A stretch of 64,000 nucleotides of DNA, taken from Candidatus Scatomonas sp. GTDB lineage: Bacteria; Bacillota; Clostridia; Lachnospirales; Lachnospiraceae. The position numbers and the translations under genes are program-made. Below are positions 9,575 to 18,513 of this stretch, in pieces (the first letter of the stretch is position 1; each line of letters begins with the position of its first letter). The notes beneath the pieces are model-generated. The model did no database searches, was not told the DNA's origin, and saw only the letters and a program-made list of their open reading frames with translations. The stretch covers positions 586,441-650,440 of the forward strand of contig CAWVDN010000001.1 in NCBI GenBank assembly GCA_963928055.1, in the 5' to 3' direction.

Positions 9575-10786
9575 TTAAAATTCCTGACTCAACAGAAAAT
9601 CTGCGACATGCATCGTTTTTATTCCTTCATAATTGCCGCCTGCAAAGGGATTTGTTGATAAAACATACTTGGGATAATTATCGTGAATCTCCAGCAGTCT
9701 TTCATATTCTCTTTTCTCTGTTTTTTCTGAACGTATTTCCTGCGTAACCTGCACATAAATTTTTTCATTTTGTCGTACTGCCGCAAAATCAATTTCCCCT
9801 TGCGGGGTTTTCCCCACATATACATTGTATCCTCGGCGGCACAGCTCCAGATATACAACATTTTCAAGACTGGATGCAAAGCTGTCTGCCTGATATCCCA
9901 ACACACTGTATCTTAGCGCTGTATCAGCCAGATAAAACTTCTCCTGTGTTTTCAGCAGAGCCCTGCCCTGCAGATCAAAGCGGGAACATCTGTGAAGAAG
10001 ATAGGCTTTCTCCAATTTTTCAAGATAACTGTATACAGTTTCGTTATCAAGGGTCCTTCTCTCCGATTTCAAATAATCCGAAATTGACCTGGCAGAAAAA
10101 GTATTTCCAACATTTTGAAACGTATATTTTACTACCCGTTCCAGCTGATCGATTTTCCGTATTTGATTTCTTTTTACAATATCTGAAAAAATGGTAGAAT
10201 TATAAATATCCCGTACAATAGTATATATTTCCTCCTGAGAATAGGATCCTGTATGCGTGGCCGGAAATCCGCCCAGGCGAACATACCTCTCCAGCTCTAA
10301 TTTGGGGGCTTCTGTTTTATCATAGGCTCTGCGAAAATTCAAATACTCTGCAAAAGACAGCGTAAAAATGCGAAAGGCAATATAGCGTCCTGTGAGATAC
10401 GTAGAAATCTCCGAAGACATCATTCTGGAATTCGATCCAGTCACATAAATATCCACATTATAGTCAGATGCCAGCGAATTCACCACTCTTTCCCATCCAG
10501 GGATCTCCTGCACTTCATCCAGAAACAAATAGGTTTTCCCTTCTGAAAAAATACGGCTTTTTATTTCTTCATACATCTGTTTCGCTGTCATATCTTCATA
10601 TTCCATGGAATCAAAGCGGTAACTGATCAGACGTTCCGAAGGAATACCCCGTGTTTTCCGCAATTGATCCATGATCATTTTAAGAATGGTAGATTTTCCG
10701 CAGCGGCGTACACCTGTCAGGATTTTTACAAAGGGAGCATCCACATAAGGCATAATCCGTTCTATATACAAAGGCCTTTCTATCAT
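9575..10786 (-). CDS. AAA_14/DUF4143-type ATP-binding protein
   Basis: 403 aa; GVRRCGKS Walker A, FLDEVQ Walker B, VTGSNS, C-terminal EIDF...YVQV; its stop abuts the cas3 RBS. Confidence 0.9.
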   Translation of the reverse strand: MIERPLYIERIMPYVDAPFVKILTGVRRCGKSTILKMIMDQLRKTRGIPSERLISYRFDSMEYEDMTAKQMYEEIKSRIFSEGKTYLFLDEVQEIPGWERVVNSLASDYNVDIYVTGSNSRMMSSEISTYLTGRYIAFRIFTLSFAEYLNFRRAYDKTEAPKLELERYVRLGGFPATHTGSYSQEEIYTIVRDIYNSTIFSDIVKRNQIRKIDQLERVVKYTFQNVGNTFSARSISDYLKSERRTLDNETVYSYLEKLEKAYLLHRCSRFDLQGRALLKTQEKFYLADTALRYSVLGYQADSFASSLENVVYLELCRRGYNVYVGKTPQGEIDFAAVRQNEKIYVQVTQEIRSEKTEKREYERLLEIHDNYPKYVLSTNPFAGGNYEGIKTMHVADFLLSQEF

Positions 10787-11126
10787 CTTATATCACCTCC
10801 ACATCAGCTATCTATATTATATCACTTAATTATATTAGTTGTATAGAACAAATGGCCATCTACCGAAGAAAATATTTCAGCAAATAGCCATTCATACAAC
10901 TAGTGTAATTATTTCTACTCACGTGCATCTGCTACACGGCAAAAAGATTCTGTATTTTCACCAAACTTTTCTCTTTTATTATGACATTCTTACAGAAAAA
11001 AAGCAATTCTTTTACAAGAAAAGGTGGCCGGCATAATCTTTATATTTTCACCAATAGACCACAAAAAATCTACTTTCTATTTTAAGCACTTGCTTTTCTT
11101 GCCCTTAAACGATCCAGCTCCACGTT

Positions 11127-12164
11127 TCACTCCGCCGTCACCGCGATCTTCATGACCCCGTCCTGTTGTTGCTCGAAGATCTCGTAGGCTTTCTCGATCT
11201 CCGCCAGTGGAAAGCGGTGGGTGATCAGCGGAGTGGTGTCGATCTTTCCCTGGCGGATCAGTTCCAGGATCGCGGCACAGTCGCAGCCGTCTACACCTCC
11301 GGTTTTAAAGGTCAGGTTTTTTCCGTACATCCGGGGCAGGGGCAGAACCTGGTCTTCCTCATAAAGCGCCACAATGGTGACGATGGCATTGGGCCTGGCG
11401 CATTTCCAGGCCAATGCAAAGGTGTCTTTTCCTCCGGCTGCCTCCAGCACCACATCCGCGCCGCCGTGGTCCGCATGCCGCCTCACAGTTTTTTCGCATT
11501 CCTCCGGGGTACAGAGCAGCACCTGGGGATAATGATCCCGGACAAACTGCCGCCGGGTCTCATTTTTCTCGCAGACCAGGATCCGCCTGGGCTGCTGCAG
11601 CATCACGCACAGCAGAGTGCAGATTCCCGTAGGGCCCGCGCCGATGATCAGCACGGTGTCCTCCGGGCCGATCCGGGAGATCCTGGCCGCCCAGAATCCG
11701 GTGGCCAGAATATCCCCCACGAACAGGGCCTGCTCATCGGTGACCCCCTCCGGGATCCGGTTCAGTCCCTGATCCGCGCAGGGCACCCGGACGTACTCCG
11801 CCTGGCCGCCGTCGATGCGGCAGCCAAGAGCCCAGCCGCCGTTTGGATCTGTGCAGTTATTGACATACCCGTGTCTGCAGAAAAAGCACTCTCCGCAGAA
11901 GGTCTCCACGTTCACTGTTACCCGGTCTCCGGGACGGGCAGCGGACACCTTCGGACCGGTCTGCTCCACAACGCCTACCATCTCATGGCCCACGGTGATC
12001 CCCGGAACCGCCCGGGGCACGCTTCCGTGCTTAATATGCAGATCACTGGTGCAGATGGAGCTCATGGTCACCCGGACAATGGCGTCCCCGGGATCCTGCA
12101 GCACCGGCACCGGCTTGTCACGCATGGCAAATTTTCCCTGTTCTATATAAGTGAAAGCTTTCAT
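11127..12164 (-). CDS. Zinc-dependent alcohol dehydrogenase
   Basis: 345 aa; ICTSD, GHE, CGECFFC...C structural Zn site, GAGPTG. Confidence 0.93.
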   Translation of the reverse strand: MKAFTYIEQGKFAMRDKPVPVLQDPGDAIVRVTMSSICTSDLHIKHGSVPRAVPGITVGHEMVGVVEQTGPKVSAARPGDRVTVNVETFCGECFFCRHGYVNNCTDPNGGWALGCRIDGGQAEYVRVPCADQGLNRIPEGVTDEQALFVGDILATGFWAARISRIGPEDTVLIIGAGPTGICTLLCVMLQQPRRILVCEKNETRRQFVRDHYPQVLLCTPEECEKTVRRHADHGGADVVLEAAGGKDTFALAWKCARPNAIVTIVALYEEDQVLPLPRMYGKNLTFKTGGVDGCDCAAILELIRQGKIDTTPLITHRFPLAEIEKAYEIFEQQQDGVMKIAVTAE

Positions 12165-12188
12165 ACCCTTCTCCTTCCGGATATGTTT

Positions 12189-13586
12189 TTAAAAAGGATC
12201 TTCCTTTTCGGATACTGCCCTCCCCTTTGGCCTGTATTTATGGTACACCCAGAAGGACAGGATCACCGTCAGGGTATCCGCCGTTACCTGGGACCAGACA
12301 ATGCCGTACATGCCCACCAGGCGGTTCAGCAGGAACAGCATGGGAATGTTGAACACCAGCCAGCGCATGACTCCCAGAAACAGGGCGATCTTTCCCATGC
12401 CGAAAGCCTGGAACAGATAGACCGTATAGAAGCTCAGGAACATCAGCGGGGTGGCCAGCACCCGGATCCGCAGGAACTGGGAAGCCATGTCCACCGTCTG
12501 GGGGTCAGAGATAAAGACGCGGGTCAGAGGGCCGGCAAAAATTTCATACAGAGCGATGCTGACGGCGGCGATCCCAAGGCCCAGGCCTCTGGACAGGCGG
12601 ATGGTATCCTGCATCCGTCTGTGTTCTCCGGCAGCGTAGCTGTAAGCCACCAGGGGCATCATTCCCTGGCAGATGCCGATGCCCACGTTCAGCGGGAACC
12701 GCTCCACCTTCAGGACAATCCCCACAGCCGCCAAGGCCAGGTCGTGGTAGGAAGCCATGAGTTTGTCAATGATCACATAATCCAGGTCAAAGAGCAGAGT
12801 GGCGATGGCAGAGGGAATGCCCACGGCAAACACCTCCCGGACACTTTCCCCCTGGGGCCGCCCGGCCCGCAGACTAAAGGTGATCACCGGTTTCTTTCCC
12901 ATACGGAACAGCACCGCAAAGAAATAAACGCAGGCAATACAGTTGGACAGACAGGTGGCAATCCCTGCTCCCAGAACCTCCTGGCCTTTTGGAAGAAGCA
13001 CAAACATAAAAAGAGGATCCAACGCAATATTCAGCAGACCTCCCAGGATAATACCGGTTCCGGCTTTCCGGGACAGTCCTACGCTGCGGATCAGATTGGA
13101 AAGCACGTTGGACAGCACGGTGGGAACGCCGCCTGCTACAATCACGCAGAGGGCATACTGCCGGGCGTAGGCATAGGTTCGCTCCGTGGCTCCCAGAACT
13201 CCCAGGATGGCTTCCATGAACAGAGCCATACAAAAAGAAAAGACAGCAGCCACAGCAATTCCCAGATACAGGGAAAAAGCGCTGACGCGCCGGGCTTCCT
13301 CCTCCCGATGCTGTCCCAGCAGGCGGGAGATCAGCGCGCCGCCGCCTACACCCGCCAGCCCTGCCAGACAGAGGCTGATATTGAACACCGGCAGGATCAG
13401 GGAAGTGGCCGCCACCATATAGGGGTTATCCGTCTGCCCTACATAAAAGGTATCGGCCATGTTGTAGATCAGCACGATCAGCTGGCTGATCACTGCCGGC
13501 ACCACCATGATCCGCAGAGAGCGGGCCACAGGAAGTTCCTCAAAAATCTGTTTTTCCGTTGGCTTTGTTTTTGATCCTGTTCTCAT
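12189..13586 (-). CDS. MATE family efflux transporter
   Basis: Hydrophobic, two-repeat protein with YNMADTFYVG motif; start probably the second Met (13586) of the 12189-13628 ORF. Confidence 0.9.
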   Translation of the reverse strand: MRTGSKTKPTEKQIFEELPVARSLRIMVVPAVISQLIVLIYNMADTFYVGQTDNPYMVAATSLILPVFNISLCLAGLAGVGGGALISRLLGQHREEEARRVSAFSLYLGIAVAAVFSFCMALFMEAILGVLGATERTYAYARQYALCVIVAGGVPTVLSNVLSNLIRSVGLSRKAGTGIILGGLLNIALDPLFMFVLLPKGQEVLGAGIATCLSNCIACVYFFAVLFRMGKKPVITFSLRAGRPQGESVREVFAVGIPSAIATLLFDLDYVIIDKLMASYHDLALAAVGIVLKVERFPLNVGIGICQGMMPLVAYSYAAGEHRRMQDTIRLSRGLGLGIAAVSIALYEIFAGPLTRVFISDPQTVDMASQFLRIRVLATPLMFLSFYTVYLFQAFGMGKIALFLGVMRWLVFNIPMLFLLNRLVGMYGIVWSQVTADTLTVILSFWVYHKYRPKGRAVSEKEDPF

Positions 13587-13596
13587 ACTGTTTCCC

Positions 13597-14328
13597 TCAG
13601 AGCTTTCTTCTTCCCCTGTCTCTGGCATGTTTCTCAGAAATCCTCAGCTTCAGCTCCTGCATCTTCACGTCCGTGGCGGCAATGGTATCCGCGCAGATCC
13701 GCAGTTCCCGGGCAATCGCTTTTACTTCCGGCGAGTCATTCTTGTAACGGATCTGGTGTTCCAGGCTGGCCCAGAAATCCATGGCCACGGTGCGGATCTG
13801 CACCTCCACCCGGATCGGCTCCTTGCCGGTAGAGAAAAACACCGGGATCTCCACAATGAGATGCAGGCTGCGGTAGCCGCCGGGCTTGGGATTTTTTATG
13901 TAATCCTTCCTGGTGATCAGGCGAATATCATCCTGGGCCAGCAGCATCTCCGCAATATCGTATATGTCATTGATAAACGAGCAGATCACCCGGATCCCCG
14001 CCACATCGTTGAGATGCTCCTGGATGGATTCCACCGTCACCGGCTGGTTATTCCGGCGGAGCTTTTCCGCGATACTGTAGGGACGCTTTACCCGGGAATG
14101 GATGCTGGCAATGGGATTGTGCTCCCGGGACAGGGTCAGCTCATCGTTCAGCACTTCCAGCTTGGTGGTGACCTCCCGGATGGCTGAGCGGTACTTCAGC
14201 ATAAGGTCCTCAAACTGGAGCAGCCGCTCCAGGGACTCCTCGGTGATCTCCTCATCGGTTTCCACTCCGAAAAAATCCCGGAAGGTTTCTTTGCGTTCTT
14301 TCGTTCTGGTATCAAATAATGTAGCCAT
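13597..14328 (-). CDS. Small alarmone synthetase (GTP pyrophosphokinase family, RelP/RelQ-like)
   Basis: 243 aa; SRVKRPYSI, DVAGIRVIC, GYRSLH, EVQIRT, WASLEH. Confidence 0.92.
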   Translation of the reverse strand: MATLFDTRTKERKETFRDFFGVETDEEITEESLERLLQFEDLMLKYRSAIREVTTKLEVLNDELTLSREHNPIASIHSRVKRPYSIAEKLRRNNQPVTVESIQEHLNDVAGIRVICSFINDIYDIAEMLLAQDDIRLITRKDYIKNPKPGGYRSLHLIVEIPVFFSTGKEPIRVEVQIRTVAMDFWASLEHQIRYKNDSPEVKAIARELRICADTIAATDVKMQELKLRISEKHARDRGRRKL

Positions 14329-14341
14329 AGCGGTCCTTTCT

Positions 14342-14959
14342 TTATGTATTCTCCCCCTCTATCCTGCGGATGATCTTCTTTGTTTTTTCCACAGGGAAGG
14401 GAACGCTTACGCGGGTATACTGCCCTACAGAAACCACGGTCCCTGTCATTTCTTTCTGTTCTGCTCCTACCGGCACCAGCACCCTATCCCCGATCTTCAG
14501 GGATGAGTCTTCCGTCCGGTAAGAGTAAGGCCGGGAAGAAAAAGGCAGAAGCACCCCGCAGTAAATATAAATCGTCTTATCCTCCGGTAGTTTCTCTGGC
14601 AGCTGTTCTTTTCCATTCTCCGGCGGCTGCATCTCCTTTTTTCTGGCCTGCAGCGCTTTCCGAAATTCCTCGGCAGTCTCAAAGTCCCGGACGTTCAGAC
14701 CGCAGGTATCCCTTTTTTCATACCATTTCCGCCAGCCGTAATTTCCGTTCCCGGAACGGTAATTTCTGGTTATCCGGAATAGTGATTTCCTATCGCCGGA
14801 CAGGTGATGGAAAATGCCCCGGAATACACATCCGATGAACTGCCGTAGTCGTGGAGTATACCGCAGGCATAGCCCCAGTCTGCTTTTCCGAAGCGTTCTG
14901 CAAAGCGAGCCGCCGGTTCCGCGGTTCCACGTAAATAATCTTTTAAAGGCTGTGCGCAT
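14342..14959 (-). CDS. Hypothetical protein; only the C-terminal part (about 14342-14760) looks genuine
   Basis: C-terminal YSY...LKIGDRVLVPVG beta-barrel-like segment; the N-terminal part overlaps the cas3-like remnant in another frame. Confidence 0.4.
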   Translation of the reverse strand: MRTAFKRLFTWNRGTGGSLCRTLRKSRLGLCLRYTPRLRQFIGCVFRGIFHHLSGDRKSLFRITRNYRSGNGNYGWRKWYEKRDTCGLNVRDFETAEEFRKALQARKKEMQPPENGKEQLPEKLPEDKTIYIYCGVLLPFSSRPYSYRTEDSSLKIGDRVLVPVGAEQKEMTGTVVSVGQYTRVSVPFPVEKTKKIIRRIEGENT

Positions 14960-14988
14960 TTTTCATTGAGATGAACGGCATATTCCAT
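14770..14988 (-). pseudogene. Truncated N-terminus of a second Cas3 HD domain
   Basis: MEYAVHLNEKCAQPLKDYLRGTAEPAARFAERFGKADWGYACGILHDYG aligns by eye with this window's Cas3 (YIAHINE..QSVKEHCENTAE..YAAGLAHDIG); GGAGG RBS upstream. Confidence 0.7.
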
Positions 14989-15010
14989 AGAAGCCATCCT
15001 CCTGCGAATT

Positions 15011-15736
15011 TCACATAAAATATCTGCATTGTTCCTCGTAGGATTTCTGTTCTTTCTGGAACAACGCTGTCAACTTACCGACACCCTCTCTTTTGCGGTA
15101 TGATGCCAGTGCGTTCAAATATTCCATCCGATTTTTATCCATAATAATCAAAGGAACCAAACCATTTACCAAACATTCCCGAAACAGAATAAGCCGTCCC
15201 ATCCGTCCGTTTCCATCCTGAAAAGGATGGATGCACTCATAACGTGCGTGAAATTCGGCCAAAACAGATAATGTGGCATCGCAGCTGTGATACCACTGCA
15301 GAAGTTCCTGCATTTTTAACGGAACATCTTCCGGATATACAGTTTCATAGGTTCCGATGATATTCCTCCGTTTTTTGTAATCCCCGATGGCATAACCGTT
15401 TGCCCGATCCTCAAAGACTCCACTTTTCAGCTCAAAATGAAATTGTTTGATCAATTTCTGCGATAATGGCTGATTCAGTGTATCCAGCATATAATTAAAC
15501 ATCAGGAAATGGCCGTTCATTTCTTCCACATCTTTAGCACGGTAAACGTGGGCACTGACGGGTAACGTTCCTGTGTCAAATAATGCAGCGGTCTGCTCTT
15601 CCGTCATAGTTGAACCTTCAATTTTATTTGAATGATAGGCAAAATCCCACTGTGTATAAGCATAGATGCCGGATTTGTCCGATTTTGTTCTTTCAGTGCG
15701 AAATCGCTCCCGAAGGAACTGATTGATTATGTTCAT
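15011..15736 (-). CDS. Fic family protein with an N-terminal autoinhibitory motif (class II type)
   Basis: HPFQDGNGRMGR catalytic motif; SNKIEG matches (S/T)xxxE(G/N). Confidence 0.92.
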   Translation of the reverse strand: MNIINQFLRERFRTERTKSDKSGIYAYTQWDFAYHSNKIEGSTMTEEQTAALFDTGTLPVSAHVYRAKDVEEMNGHFLMFNYMLDTLNQPLSQKLIKQFHFELKSGVFEDRANGYAIGDYKKRRNIIGTYETVYPEDVPLKMQELLQWYHSCDATLSVLAEFHARYECIHPFQDGNGRMGRLILFRECLVNGLVPLIIMDKNRMEYLNALASYRKREGVGKLTALFQKEQKSYEEQCRYFM

Positions 15737-15740
15737 ATCT

Positions 15741-16319
15741 TTATTTCAGTTTCATTCCGTCTTTAAAGGCATTTCCCACTTTTTCCCCGATGGCATGGTA
15801 GGCTCCCCCGATGGGGTCAAAGGTGATCGGCGCCAGTTTTCCCATATCGATCTTTCCATCGGTGAGGATGGATTCATCGGCGCTGACGTTGACGATCTCT
15901 CCAAAGAGATGACAGCTTTCCGGATCGTAGCTGATAAGACGGCATTCCAGGGTCATAGGCAGCTCCCGGATCACCGGTGCGTCTACAAATTCCGCTTTGT
16001 CCGTGTGGAAACCGGCCTTCTCCATTTTGTCCGGGGTGTTGTTTCCGGAAACAATACCCACGTAGTCGCAGGCCGTCATCTGCTCCGCAGTGGCCATGCT
16101 CACCGTAAAGGCTTTCCGGGCCAGAATGTTTTTTGTGGTCTTGTGGCCGGCGCTGATGCAGAGGCAGATTTCTGTATCGCAGCTGATGCCGCCCCAGGCG
16201 GCGTTCATGGCGTCAGCCTTTCCCTCTTCATCGTAGCTGCCCAGAATAAATACCGGCTGCGGATAGGTCCAGGGTTTTGCTCCAAAATTTTTTCTCATGA
16301 TCATGTCCTCCTGATTCAA
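15741..16319 (-). CDS. Flavin reductase family protein
   Basis: YPQPVFILGSY, NAAWGG, HKTTKNI, LTLECRL-like motifs. Confidence 0.88.
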   Translation of the reverse strand: MNQEDMIMRKNFGAKPWTYPQPVFILGSYDEEGKADAMNAAWGGISCDTEICLCISAGHKTTKNILARKAFTVSMATAEQMTACDYVGIVSGNNTPDKMEKAGFHTDKAEFVDAPVIRELPMTLECRLISYDPESCHLFGEIVNVSADESILTDGKIDMGKLAPITFDPIGGAYHAIGEKVGNAFKDGMKLK

Positions 16320-16336
16320 TGGTTTTCTATTTTAGT

Positions 16337-16615
16337 TAGCGTCAGTGTACAAAGGGACAATACGGTCGTTGAAGGGCTGATTTGGGCTCCTTCTGCGTTA
16401 CTTTCCCTCCGCGTACGTCTCTGTACGCGTCGATCAAGTGCCTTGAAGGGGCTCAAATCAGCACCTTCACGACTCAAAGACTCCAACCGCAGGAATTTCG
16501 GCGATTTTCAAGGCAGACGATAGAGGCGTACTGGACGTACGCCGATTAAGGATAACGCAGAAAATCACCGAAATTACGCGGTTTGGAGCGTGTTGCCCCT
16601 TGTACACTGACGCTA
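16337..16615. repeat. 279-bp palindromic element: terminal inverted repeats enclosing two long hairpins (MITE/REP-like or structured RNA)
   Basis: TAGCGTCAGTGTACAAAGGGACAA (16337-16360) versus TTGCCCCTTGTACACTGACGCTA (16593-16615); two internal arms each self-complementary and inversely homologous to each other. Confidence 0.85.
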
Positions 16616-16677
16616 CTCGTAAGAAAAATAATGCAGGATCACCGGCAGAGCATCTACTGGTGCCCGCCTTTTCTGTC

Positions 16678-17625
16678 TCAGAATTCCAGCCGCTGCTGAC
16701 CGCTGAGGCTGTCTTTCGCCAGAAAACTTTTCTGCGCCCCCTGCCGCACCTCATCTGTCTCCCGTAGATGCCCCAGCAGCAGCGGAGAAGCAGGATCGTG
16801 GAATTGATAATTCTCCCGGGCTTTCGCCGGGCTCTGGTTGGCATAGCAGTATTTGCAGCCGTTGAGACAGGTATCATAGGCGCCGATGTCCCGGCTCTCT
16901 ATGCAATGGCATCCTGCCCTGGCGCCTCGATGCTTCCGCTCCCGGAAGGTAACGCCGTTGGCCTCCCCCAGGATCTTCAGGGTTGTACAGCCGGAGGCCT
17001 GGATGCCGTAGCGGCTGTAATCTCCGTTGGTGCCGCAGGTCTGGATGGGGATACCGTACTTTTCCGCGATCCGGCCCAGCTCCCGGGCCAGAGTCTCTTT
17101 CTCCGCAGCAGTCAGCGGAACCAGTTCCGGCATATTAGTCCGCAGCTTCTGATACATTTCCACGAAGCTGAAAATGCAGCGGTCCACATGACCAGCCAGC
17201 CGGGAAGCCAGAGATTCAAAGGTTTCCATATGCACCGGGATCGTATACCGATCCGTCAGGAGCACCGGATCATACCGCCAGCTGATGCGTCCTGCCCCCA
17301 CCTGTTTTTCCAGTTCCAGCAGGGTTTCCACACTTTCGTCCAGGGAGGGAACTCCCGGCTCAATATCTTTTCCGTAAGCAGTAATGGTGTACTGAAAATA
17401 TGTGTGGAAGCGGTCTGTGATCTGATGAAGATCCTGCAGGATAGGCCGGTAATTTTTGGAGCAGAACACCACGCAGTCCACGGTCTCCGACGTCAGCTCG
17501 TAGCGGGTCACTTTATTTTGAAACAGCGGATTCCTGGCAAGGACATATCCTTCCTGAAACCGCTTCAGAAGCCAGGGCGTAAAATACTGCACAGAATCCG
17601 TCCGGGCACCGGTGTTGATGATCAT
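16678..17625 (-). CDS. DUF1848 family protein (radical-SAM-like)
   Basis: MIINTGARTDSVQYFTPW, VFCSKN, C-terminal CLNGCKYCYA. Confidence 0.85.
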   Translation of the reverse strand: MIINTGARTDSVQYFTPWLLKRFQEGYVLARNPLFQNKVTRYELTSETVDCVVFCSKNYRPILQDLHQITDRFHTYFQYTITAYGKDIEPGVPSLDESVETLLELEKQVGAGRISWRYDPVLLTDRYTIPVHMETFESLASRLAGHVDRCIFSFVEMYQKLRTNMPELVPLTAAEKETLARELGRIAEKYGIPIQTCGTNGDYSRYGIQASGCTTLKILGEANGVTFRERKHRGARAGCHCIESRDIGAYDTCLNGCKYCYANQSPAKARENYQFHDPASPLLLGHLRETDEVRQGAQKSFLAKDSLSGQQRLEF

Positions 17626-17651
17626 AGTGCTGCCTCCTTTCCCTCCTGCAT

Positions 17652-18137
17652 TCAGACTTCCCGATATGTGACCTTCCCGTTTTTCGTCTCCGATTTCATC
17701 AGGGAAGCCCGCTTCACCTCCATCTCGGCTTTCGGCAGATGGATCTGGTAGGGGTTTCTGGCAGACACCTTGCGGATCAGGGTAATATGGGGAGTAAACC
17801 GGTCGTCCTCAAAGGGAATACCCGCATTCTTCAGAGCCGCCCGCAGATCTCTGACATAGGTTTTCAGTTTCTGGTTCCCCTTTACTCCTGCCCAGAGAAT
17901 GTTTCCGAAATTTCCTTTTTCGGACAGGGCCAGCCGAAAGGCCGGCAGGGGAACCGACGCCAGGATCCGCTTCACCTGCTCCGGATCCCTGTACTCACCG
18001 ATAAATGCCAGGGTCAGATGCAGGTTCTGGGCCGGCACGTAATTTCCCTCCACGCCCTGCTTTTTCAGGTCGTGCAGGCAGTCCACCAGGGCCTTACGCA
18101 TTTCCTCTGACAGCTGAATGGCAATAAATAATCTCAT
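17652..18137 (-). CDS. thpR: RNA 2',3'-cyclic phosphodiesterase (2H phosphoesterase)
   Basis: MRLFIAI, HLTL and HITL 2H motifs. Confidence 0.9.
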   Translation of the reverse strand: MRLFIAIQLSEEMRKALVDCLHDLKKQGVEGNYVPAQNLHLTLAFIGEYRDPEQVKRILASVPLPAFRLALSEKGNFGNILWAGVKGNQKLKTYVRDLRAALKNAGIPFEDDRFTPHITLIRKVSARNPYQIHLPKAEMEVKRASLMKSETKNGKVTYREV

Positions 18138-18156
18138 CGTTTACCCTTTCTGAAAC

Positions 18157-18490
18157 TCAGTTTTTCTTCTTCTTAAATCTGTATTTTCCTTTTCCGCAGC
18201 CGGATACCGGCTCAATCATTTCGCGCGCAGCCATCTCACGAAGCAGCTCCGTACTTCTGGTCGGTTTCAGGCCAAGGATTTTCTGAACATCTGATCTGCC
18301 GAAGACGGTCTGACAGCCAAATTTTTTTCAATAATTTATAAATGTGACAAGCCGTTTTAGGGGTAAACGGGCTTTCAATGTTCGCTTTTATTTCTTCAAT
18401 ATTCGCTTTTTCATCTTCAATGTTCGCTTTTTGGGGGCAATGTTCACTTTTTCTTCTGCTTGAAATGTGCCGCTGATATGCAATGCTTGT
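18157..18490 (-). pseudogene. Frameshifted C-terminal remnant (KANIE repeats + winged helix) of the type found on some Fic proteins
   Basis: 21-bp tandem units (about 18373-18452); removing one A from an A7 run gives FGRSDVQKILGLKPTRSTELLREM...GKGKYRF*. Confidence 0.55.
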
Positions 18491-18513
18491 ATTAAGAAAA
18501 CTTCTGCAGAGCC

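Noticed and set aside
10830-10900. TAGTTGTAT...ATACAACTA inverted repeat upstream of the AAA/cas operon
   Set aside because: Only 9 bp with a long spacer in AT-rich DNA; it could be an operator but is not supportable from sequence alone
11166-13574. 802-aa + strand ORF and similar long antisense ORFs (20051-21691, 33287-34834, 34850-36610, 40592-42400, 57770-59452, 60341-61699)
   Set aside because: Shadow frames opposite well-supported high-GC genes; no recognisable motifs
13597-14328. Small alarmone synthetase as a possible toxSAS toxin
   Set aside because: It looks like an ordinary RelP/RelQ-type enzyme, has host-like GC and no adjacent antitoxin-sized gene
16467-16877. ORF overlapping the palindromic element
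   Set aside because: Alternate frame of DUF1848 running into the non-coding element; no RBS or motif
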